A DNA stretch of 64,000 nucleotides from Sedimentisphaerales bacterium (lineage in GTDB: Bacteria > Planctomycetota > Phycisphaerae > Sedimentisphaerales > Anaerobacaceae), in contig JAXGYC010000015.1 of assembly GCA_040772485.1 (NCBI GenBank), forward strand, positions 26,090 to 90,089, read 5' to 3'. Shown here piece by piece: positions 44,197-51,771 of the stretch. Below the pieces are notes generated by a model. It worked only from the letters and a program-made list of their open reading frames with translations, was not told where the DNA came from and did no database searches. The translations under genes were made by a program, and so were the position numbers. Position 1 is the stretch's first letter. Each line of letters starts with the position of its first letter.

Positions 44197-45519
44197 ATGA
44201 AACACCTGCGCTGCGTTTTGTCGTTGGCCGTCTGTCTTTCCGTGCATTTAGCTCCGGCTCGGGCGGACCTGATCGCTCGAATCCACGACTCGGGCTTCGC
44301 CCTCGCGCACGACACCTACAACGGGATGGGCACCGCCAGTGACGGGCGGATCTACTACGTGCTGAGCTCGGAGTCCTACGAGGTCGGCGCGCAGATGTAC
44401 TGCTACGACCCGGCAACCGACAAGATCGAGCACGTGGGCGACATCACCGAGGCCTGTGGCGAGAAGGACACCAAGACCATCGTCCAGGGCAAGTCGCACG
44501 TCACGTTCGTCGAGCGCGAAGGCAAGCTCTACTTCTCGACGCACGTGGGCTACTACAGCATCATCGACGGCATGGAGAAGATCGGCATCCCGCCGGAAGG
44601 CTGGAAACCCTATCCCGGCGGACACTTCCTCGCCTACGACATGACCACGAAGAAATTCGAGGACCTGGCCAAGGCCCCTCGCGGCGAGGGAATCCTCACC
44701 ACGACAATGGACACCCAGCGCGGGCGGCTCTATGGCCTGACGTGGCCCAGCGGCCGCTTCCTCCGCTATGATCTGACGACACGCGGGCTGAAGGACTTCG
44801 GGCCCGTCTCGCGCGAAGGCGAGAACGGCAAAGGCGAGCAATACCGCACGCTGTGCCGCTCGTTCGTCGTCGATCCGCACGACGGCAGCGTCTACTACAC
44901 CGTCGGCGACGGCGAGATCTTCCGCTACCGATACGACCGCGATGCGATCGAGCTGGTGGTCGGCGACGACATGCGAAAGGATTACTTGGGACTTTACGAC
45001 CCGACTTCCGCCGGCCATATGGCCTATAACTGGAGGCAGACGGTCTGGTATGAGCCGGAGAAGGCGATCTATGGCGTACACGGCAACTCCGGATACCTGT
45101 TCCGCTTCGATCCGCGCGTGCCGGAGGTGCAGATCGTCGATCGCATCACCTCGCTGCCCTCCAAGCGAAGCGGGATGTTCGACCAGTTCAGCTACGGCTA
45201 TCTCGGCTTCGCCCTCGGGCCCGACGGCAAGACGCTGTACTACCTGACCGGCGGCCCGATCTACATCGACGGCAAGCGCCTGGCCGGCAAGGCCAAGACC
45301 GCGATGGGCGAGTCCAAGGGGCTCGAGAACCTGCACCTGATCACCTACGACATCCCCGCGCGCCAGTACACCGATCACGGCCCGATCTTCTACGAGGACG
45401 GCCGGCGGCCCTACTACGTCAATTCGATCGCGGTCGGCAAGGACGGCACCGTCTATACGCTGGCCCGCGTCACCGACAGCAAACCTCCGAAAAGCGATCT
45501 GATCAGCATCCGCAACTGA
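44197..45519 (+). CDS. Secreted beta-propeller-like protein, function unknown
   Basis: GGAGG RBS; Sec signal; repeated blade-like units (DGRIYY, GKLYFS, GRLYGL, DGSVYY, DGKTLYY, DGTVYT). Confidence 0.6.
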   Translation: MKHLRCVLSLAVCLSVHLAPARADLIARIHDSGFALAHDTYNGMGTASDGRIYYVLSSESYEVGAQMYCYDPATDKIEHVGDITEACGEKDTKTIVQGKSHVTFVEREGKLYFSTHVGYYSIIDGMEKIGIPPEGWKPYPGGHFLAYDMTTKKFEDLAKAPRGEGILTTTMDTQRGRLYGLTWPSGRFLRYDLTTRGLKDFGPVSREGENGKGEQYRTLCRSFVVDPHDGSVYYTVGDGEIFRYRYDRDAIELVVGDDMRKDYLGLYDPTSAGHMAYNWRQTVWYEPEKAIYGVHGNSGYLFRFDPRVPEVQIVDRITSLPSKRSGMFDQFSYGYLGFALGPDGKTLYYLTGGPIYIDGKRLAGKAKTAMGESKGLENLHLITYDIPARQYTDHGPIFYEDGRRPYYVNSIAVGKDGTVYTLARVTDSKPPKSDLISIRN

Positions 45520-45530
45520 AAGGGAGCCAG

Positions 45531-46874
45531 ATGAACACGCGAAATATGACACGACGACAATTCGTGAGTCAGGCCTCGACAGGCACGCTGGCGGCCATGA
45601 CCTTGGGCAGCCTTCCCGCTTTCGCCGGCCGCAGCGCAGCCACGCTGGCCGTCAAAGGCGGCAAGCCCCTGCGAACCAAGCCCTGGCCCAATTGGCCCAT
45701 CTGGGACCCGGCCGCTGAGGAACGCGTCCTGGCCATCCTGCGCAGTGGCAATTGGTACCGCGGACAGGGCCAGACCGTCACCGAATTCGAGGGCAAGTAC
45801 GCCAAGCTGCTCGGCGCCAAACGCTGCACCTGCACAGTCAATGGGACCAACGCCCTGCTGACGGCGCTGCACGCGCTCGACGTGGGCGTGGGCGATGAAG
45901 TCATCGTCTCGCCGTACACGTTCATCGCGACCTACAATGTTGTGCTGAACTCGTCGGCCTTGCCGGTCTTCGCCGACACCGACCCCGAGACGTTCCAGAT
46001 CAATCCCGACAAAATCGAGGAGCGCATCACCGAGCGGACGCGGGCCATCCTGCCCGTCCATATCCTCGGCATCCCGGCCGATATGGACAAGATCATGGCC
46101 ATCGCCAAAAAGCACAACCTCGTGGTGATCGAGGACGCCTGCCAGGCGTGGCTGGCCCAATACCGAGGCAAGTGCTGCGGCACGATCGGCGACCTGGGCT
46201 GCTTCAGCTTCCAGAACTCCAAGCACCTGCCCTGCGGCGAAGGCGGCGCGGTGGTCGGCAACGACGAGAAGATCATGGACCGCATCCACTCGTTCCATAA
46301 CTGCGGCCGGCCCTATGGCAGCGTGAAGGGCGCCACCGGCTATCCCATCATCGGGACCAACCGCCGGATGACCGAGTACCAAGCGGCCATCCTGCTCAAC
46401 CAGATGCAGCGGCTCGAAGCGGACACGCAGCGGCGCTGGGCCAACGGCCAGTACCTGACCAGCCAGATCAAGGATATCCCGGGGATCATCCCCTGCAGGC
46501 TGTACGAAGGGACGACGCGGGCGGTGTTCCACCTGTATCCGTTCCGCTACGAGAAGGAGCACTTCAACAATGCGCCGCGGGACAAATTCCTCCGCGCTCT
46601 CAGCGCGGAGGGCGTGCCCTGCTCCGGCGGGTACGGGCCGCAGTACCGCGACGAGCTGATCGAGGACGCCCTGACCTCCAAGAACTTCACGCGCAGCTTC
46701 CCCAAGGCCCGCCTCGACCAGTACCGCAGAGAGTTGGACTATCCCGGCAACGACCAGCTCTGCGAAGAAGCCGTCTGGCTCAGCCAGAACATGCTCCTGA
46801 CCGAAAAATCCGACATGGACGACATCGCCAACGCCATCCGAAAAGTCTACGACAACCGCGACAAACTCGCGTAA
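45531..46874 (+). CDS. Tat-signal DegT/DnrJ/EryC1/StrS PLP aminotransferase
   Basis: TRRQFV signal; NGTNAL, SPYTFIAT, PVHILG, EDACQA, SFQNSKHL (PLP Lys), GEGG. Confidence 0.92.
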   Translation: MNTRNMTRRQFVSQASTGTLAAMTLGSLPAFAGRSAATLAVKGGKPLRTKPWPNWPIWDPAAEERVLAILRSGNWYRGQGQTVTEFEGKYAKLLGAKRCTCTVNGTNALLTALHALDVGVGDEVIVSPYTFIATYNVVLNSSALPVFADTDPETFQINPDKIEERITERTRAILPVHILGIPADMDKIMAIAKKHNLVVIEDACQAWLAQYRGKCCGTIGDLGCFSFQNSKHLPCGEGGAVVGNDEKIMDRIHSFHNCGRPYGSVKGATGYPIIGTNRRMTEYQAAILLNQMQRLEADTQRRWANGQYLTSQIKDIPGIIPCRLYEGTTRAVFHLYPFRYEKEHFNNAPRDKFLRALSAEGVPCSGGYGPQYRDELIEDALTSKNFTRSFPKARLDQYRRELDYPGNDQLCEEAVWLSQNMLLTEKSDMDDIANAIRKVYDNRDKLA

Positions 46875-46890
46875 GCCGCACCCGACGTCA

Positions 46891-46952
46891 AAGCGTAGAT
46901 GCGTAAAAGCGTAAAAGCGTAAAAGCGTGGATGGGTGACAGGTAGGGTGTGC
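46891..46952. repeat. Left arm of the inverted repeat flanking gene 47012..48019
   Basis: Octamer tract (AAGCGTAA-like) followed by gtgacaggtagggtgtgc (46935-46952). Confidence 0.8.
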
Positions 46953-47011
46953 ACCGCACACCGACACCGCATGGTGCCCGGGACACACCTTGCGCCTTGC
47001 GGAGAGAATCT

Positions 47012-48019
47012 ATGAGGAAGCACGCTGGAATTGGCCGAACGAGATGGCTCCGTGCCACGATCATCCTGGCCCTTTGCGCAGCGGTCCTGGCGCTGTACCT
47101 GCTCTGCCCTCGCCAGCCGCCTGACCTCACGGCTTGCACCCGCGTTGAAGTCCGCTACACGTATGGAGCGCTCGACTACTTCTTTGGATACTCACCCATG
47201 CTGGACAGGATGCTGAGCGAAAAAGAACAACGAGACGTACGTTCCTTCGACAAATGGAGGGTGACCGATCAGGCACAGATCAGGGCCTTTGCCGATGAGG
47301 TCCGCGGCGGAAAAGACCGAGGCATAGTAACCGGTAAGATACTCGACAAGCCGGTCGACATAACGTGCTACCAGGGGAGACACCGCATCGCGTCGTTCAG
47401 CATATATCCGACTATGCCCACACTCATTGCGAAGGGACATGAGTTCTCATATGAACCGGGGTCTCCGGTCCTGAGGACTCTCGATCCCCCGGCACTTGAG
47501 CCGCTGACAGTCAGATGGGAATGTGCCATGAAGCTGAGTGGACTGCTTTTTGGAGGCCTTTGGCAGGGGCCTGAGCGGCCTCTGTGTCCGGATCCCAACC
47601 AGTGGTGTGACGTGATCGTGCGCACCATGCGTACAATGCAGCGCACTGATTACACCTTAGATGGCAAGACAAGACGCGCGTATCCTGATAGAGTCATAGC
47701 GCGAAGGTTCACCTGCCCGGCTGTCCACGCGGCCGCCGATGCAAACGCCGTTCATTCTCCAGCGGATGAGACCGACCCATCGAGTCAGTCCCCGGACAGT
47801 TGGGTATCGGACTACGCGATGAACTCGAATTGCGGAGAAGGCTCGCCGGATGATACGGTCTTCCTCTTTGAATCAAAGCCAGGTTGGAATCAGCACGGCG
47901 GGCCGGAGCTGTTCACGTTCGACAACCATGAGCCCAAGGGCGGTTGCGTCCTGCTCAACGACGGCACCGTGAAGTTCATCCGCACCGAAGAAGAACTCCA
48001 CGCGCTCCGCTGGAAGTAA
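47012..48019 (+). CDS. Membrane-anchored hypothetical protein with C-terminal H-X(9-10)-DG motif (planctomycete DUF1559/prepilin-associated type)
   Basis: N-terminal TM; YAMN..C...PDDTVFLFE..PGWNQHGG...NHEPKGGCVLLNDGTVKFI; visibly more A/T at third positions than neighbours. Confidence 0.6.
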   Translation: MRKHAGIGRTRWLRATIILALCAAVLALYLLCPRQPPDLTACTRVEVRYTYGALDYFFGYSPMLDRMLSEKEQRDVRSFDKWRVTDQAQIRAFADEVRGGKDRGIVTGKILDKPVDITCYQGRHRIASFSIYPTMPTLIAKGHEFSYEPGSPVLRTLDPPALEPLTVRWECAMKLSGLLFGGLWQGPERPLCPDPNQWCDVIVRTMRTMQRTDYTLDGKTRRAYPDRVIARRFTCPAVHAAADANAVHSPADETDPSSQSPDSWVSDYAMNSNCGEGSPDDTVFLFESKPGWNQHGGPELFTFDNHEPKGGCVLLNDGTVKFIRTEEELHALRWK

Positions 48020-48051
48020 GTCCCGAGAGGAACACCACACGACCACGACTC

Positions 48052-48201
48052 TGTCATTTCGAGTCCATTCGGGTCCCTCAGGGCAGGCTGCGCCGAGAGC
48101 CTGTCCTGAGCGAAGTCGAACGGAAATCTACCTGCGGACCGGAAGCGCGCCTCGTCTATGGCCGGACCCCTCGACTTCACTTCGTTGCGCTCGGGGTGAC
48201 A
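48052..48201. repeat. TGTCA...TGACA-bounded palindromic MITE-like element
   Basis: Begins tgtcatttcgag, ends ctcggggtgaca; contains agcctgtcctgagcgaagtcgaa. Confidence 0.7.
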
Positions 48202-48230
48202 AACAGGAGGCAGTTAGGGAGGTGTGTGGC

Positions 48231-48277
48231 GCACACCCTACCTGTCACGCATCTACCCTTCTACGCGTCTACGCGCT
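48231..48277. repeat. Right arm of the inverted repeat flanking gene 47012..48019
   Basis: gcacaccctacctgtcac (48231-48248) is the exact reverse complement of 46935-46952; similarity extends imperfectly outward. Confidence 0.8.
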
Positions 48278-48283
48278 GGCGGA

Positions 48284-49618
48284 TCAGGGTTGGATTTCGG
48301 CCAGGAGGGCCAAGGCGCGGGTGATGACGGCTTCGCCGGCGCCGGGGGCGAGGTGGGTGCCACGGGTGGGTTCGTAGGCGCCTTCGTCGTAGGCTTCGGC
48401 GTGGCAGACGTAGCCGATCGAGTCGTTGGTCATGCTCGTGACGAAGAGCTTGTCGATGCCTGCTTTGTCCCTGATCGCCAGGCCGACCTCGACGAGGACT
48501 TCGCCGGGCAGGCCGAGGATGTAGACGTCGCCCAGCCTCAGCACCTGAATCTCGGTGGTAATCTCCTGTGCCGGGGTATCCTTGGTGGCCAGCGTCAGCG
48601 AACAACGACGTGCGGCGAGCGTGACGTCGTCGGTCGTGGCGACGAACTGGAGACAGCGCAGGACCTCGGCGCCCAGGGCCTTTCCGATCTGCTCGCAAGG
48701 CCCGACGTCCCGGCGGATCGGCACCGTGTTGCCCGCCAGCCCCAGCGCGAAGAGACTGATTCCGCCTTCGGCCTGCTCGACCACGCGCATCGCCCGCGCG
48801 GGATAGTCCGCGGAGATCGCCGTGCTGCGATGCGGATACACGCTGACGGGATGGCAGCCGAAAGCGAAGAGCGAGCCGACGATTCGCCCGTTGGGGTCCT
48901 CGACCCTCAGCACGGACACCGCCGGATCGATGGGGCCAAAGGTCAGGTCCGCCTGCTCGGGCGGCATCGTGAACGCCACTCGCGTCCGGCCATCGGGGCC
49001 GGTCTCGATTCTGCGCGTCGCCGTGATCTCCGGCGGCAGCGTGAACGCCATCTGCACCTGGCCATCGGGCCGCTTGGGCCTGCGATTGTACAGGACCTCC
49101 GTCAGCTCGCCCGTCGCGGCGCCGATCCTGGCGCCCTGCATGTCGCGATGCGCCATCTGCACAGCGCCGGCCAGTTTGCCGATGACCGTGCGGACGTAGG
49201 CCTGGTCGATGTCCTCCGGCGCGATGCGGCTTTCGAGCGGCAGCTTGGCGTTCGTGAAGATGTCGGGACCCGAGTGCGTGTGCGTGGCGCAGACCATCAC
49301 ATTCTGCTCGGGGATGCCCAGCCGCTCAGCGACCAGCACGCGGACCGGATTGGTGATCTCCTCCAGCGGCGAATACAGCAGATCGACCGAGACGATGGCG
49401 ACCGTGTTGGCGCCGTCGCACAGGACCAGGGCCCGGCCGTAAAGCTCATCCAGAACCGAGTCGCTCGGCTTGCCCTGCGAGCCGATCAGCTTCAGACCCA
49501 GCGGAGGCGTGATATTGACTTTCGCACAGCCGGCCCGCAAGGCCGCCAAGCCCGTCGAACACGCACACAAACCGACCACCACAGCCAATGCCAATCTCAT
49601 CGCCTGATGCGTTCTCAT
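48284..49618 (-). CDS. Secreted neutral/alkaline ceramidase-like amidohydrolase
   Basis: Sec signal; VNITPP, DELYGRAL, CATHTHSGP, YNRR, FGCHP, SADYP, NDSIGYV..AYDEGAYE. Confidence 0.85.
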   Translation of the reverse strand: MRTHQAMRLALAVVVGLCACSTGLAALRAGCAKVNITPPLGLKLIGSQGKPSDSVLDELYGRALVLCDGANTVAIVSVDLLYSPLEEITNPVRVLVAERLGIPEQNVMVCATHTHSGPDIFTNAKLPLESRIAPEDIDQAYVRTVIGKLAGAVQMAHRDMQGARIGAATGELTEVLYNRRPKRPDGQVQMAFTLPPEITATRRIETGPDGRTRVAFTMPPEQADLTFGPIDPAVSVLRVEDPNGRIVGSLFAFGCHPVSVYPHRSTAISADYPARAMRVVEQAEGGISLFALGLAGNTVPIRRDVGPCEQIGKALGAEVLRCLQFVATTDDVTLAARRCSLTLATKDTPAQEITTEIQVLRLGDVYILGLPGEVLVEVGLAIRDKAGIDKLFVTSMTNDSIGYVCHAEAYDEGAYEPTRGTHLAPGAGEAVITRALALLAEIQP

Positions 49619-49904
49619 CGTCGAACTCCCCTTTCTGAATCCGCCACAGGCGGATCGAACCATTCTAACCGACCCGAAGGGCCGAGGCCAGTCCGATGCC
49701 GCACCATCCCGCCCGGGGCGGGCTGCCACCCGACAAGGAGGGCGAGGCAGTCTCTTGGGTCCATTGGGTCCCTTTGGTCGTTCTCGGGTCCCAAAGACCC
49801 AAGGGACCTGAAGGACCGAAAGGAATAGTCGTTGCGGGAGGGCGGCGGAAGGGGTATAAAGGAACTCACGGGGCGAGCGGTTTCAGAGTTGAAAGGGTCT
49901 GGCA

Positions 49905-51260
49905 ATGGCACGCAGCGATCTGACGAGGCGACAATTCATCGCGGCCGCATCGGCCGGCTCCCTGGCGGCGGTCACGTCCGGGACGATTCCCGCCTATGGC
50001 AACCTCACGAATAAGACGAGCAAGCTGGCGATCCTGGGCGGCCAGCCCGTCCGCCAGAACAAGCCTTGGCCCGAGTGGCCCTACTGGGACGACGAGGTGA
50101 TCGACTCGCTGATGAAAACCGCCAAGAGCCGCATCTGGTGCCGCATCCAGTCGGCGTCCGGCACCGTGCCGACCTTCGAAGCCGAATACGCCAAGCTGAC
50201 GGGGGCGCGCTTCTGCGTCGCCACCGGCTCGGGCACGCAGGCGCTGCACACGTGCGTCGAAGCGATGGGCATCGGTCCCGGCGACGAGATCATCACCTCG
50301 CCGTATACCGATCCCGGCACGATCGCATCGATCCTCTCGGCGCGGGCCTTGCCGGTGATGGCGGACCTGGACCCTGCGTCGTACCAGCTCGATCCCGACG
50401 AGGTGGAGCGGCGGATCACCGAGAACACCAGGGCGCTCATGCCAGTGCACATGATGGGCCAGCCGGCGGACATGCGCCGGATCATGGCTGTCGCGAAGAA
50501 GCACAATCTCCGGGTGATCGAGGACGCCTGCCAGGCGCATCTGGCGCGGTTCGACGGCAAGACGCTCGGCACCATCGGCGACGTGGGATGTTTCAGCTTC
50601 CAGTCGAGCAAGATTATCGCGTGCGGCGAGGGCGGCGCGGTCATCGGCAGCGACGAGGACCTGATGGACCGCTGCTACACGGTGCACAACCACGGGACCT
50701 CGCGTCGTGGTCTGACCGAAACGATCGGACCGAAGTACCGCATGAACGAGTTCGAGGCGGCGGTGCTGCTGGGCCAGCTCTCCGGCGTGATGGAGCGGTT
50801 CGAACGCCGCAATCAGAACGCCGCATACCTCACCAGCCGGCTCAAGGACATCCCGGGCGTCACGCCCCAGAAGCTCTACGAGGGCACCCAGAGCGGCTCG
50901 TTCTACCTCTATACCATGTCGTACCACAAGGAGCTTTTCAACGGCGCCCCCCGCGCGACGTTCCTCAAGGCGCTGGCCGCCGAGGGGGTCAGCCTGAGCC
51001 CTTACATCGCCAAGGGACTGCACCGCGAGCCCTGGATCGACCACATTCTCGATTCAAAGGTCTATAAGAAGATGTACTCTGCCCGGCGGCTGCGCGAGTA
51101 TCGCGAGCAGTGCGCCTGCCCGAAATGCGACCAGGTCTGCGAGGAAATGGCGATGCTCTGGGCCTCCGGCCCCCTGCTGGGCACGCGCCAGGACATGGCC
51201 GATATCGCCGACGCCATTGAGAAAGTCTGGATCAATCGCGACCAGCTCGCGCAGGTATAG
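49905..51260 (+). CDS. Tat-signal DegT/DnrJ/EryC1/StrS PLP aminotransferase
   Basis: TRRQFI signal; SGTQAL, SPYTD, PVHMMG, EDACQA, SFQSSKII (PLP Lys), GEGG. Confidence 0.92.
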   Translation: MARSDLTRRQFIAAASAGSLAAVTSGTIPAYGNLTNKTSKLAILGGQPVRQNKPWPEWPYWDDEVIDSLMKTAKSRIWCRIQSASGTVPTFEAEYAKLTGARFCVATGSGTQALHTCVEAMGIGPGDEIITSPYTDPGTIASILSARALPVMADLDPASYQLDPDEVERRITENTRALMPVHMMGQPADMRRIMAVAKKHNLRVIEDACQAHLARFDGKTLGTIGDVGCFSFQSSKIIACGEGGAVIGSDEDLMDRCYTVHNHGTSRRGLTETIGPKYRMNEFEAAVLLGQLSGVMERFERRNQNAAYLTSRLKDIPGVTPQKLYEGTQSGSFYLYTMSYHKELFNGAPRATFLKALAAEGVSLSPYIAKGLHREPWIDHILDSKVYKKMYSARRLREYREQCACPKCDQVCEEMAMLWASGPLLGTRQDMADIADAIEKVWINRDQLAQV

Positions 51261-51376
51261 AGGGGTCCGTGGCCCGCCAGGACGGCCGAAAGGACATGAA
51301 AACGCCGAAAATCGGGCCGGGAGCGTCTTATCCCGATGGAGATCGGGGCCACTGAAAACGACTGAGAATCTATTCC

Positions 51377-51405
51377 TTGACGCCGGGCGGAGATGGACCT
51401 ATAAT
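51377..51405 (+). promoter_or_regulatory. Sigma70-type promoter
   Basis: TTGACG-N17-TATAAT. Confidence 0.8.
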
Positions 51406-51771
51406 AGATAAGTTGTTTGTCATTTGCACCACCCGGCCGGAGGCCGGAAGAGAGATGATGGTAGTTCTTGGCGCCTTCGGAGGGGTGGAGAGCTGCGTGA
51501 GGAGCTCAGCCGGATCATGACCTGTGGCCACATCGCACAGTCACGCAGCAACCCCGTAGAATCACGTCGCGCCGCTTCTCCGATCTCGAACCACATGGCA
51601 TGCAATCCCGGCACGCCGGGATCCCGATATGCCCCGGGCGGAGCTGCGCGGTCGGAAAGGAGGTGTTCTCCTGACACAGCGTGGGTGAACGAAGTCGGTC
51701 GTTGCATGGCTTGCAGGGTACGTGCTTCTGCCAAGCCCTCGACACATTGTTCTGCAAGAGGAGATGATGGA

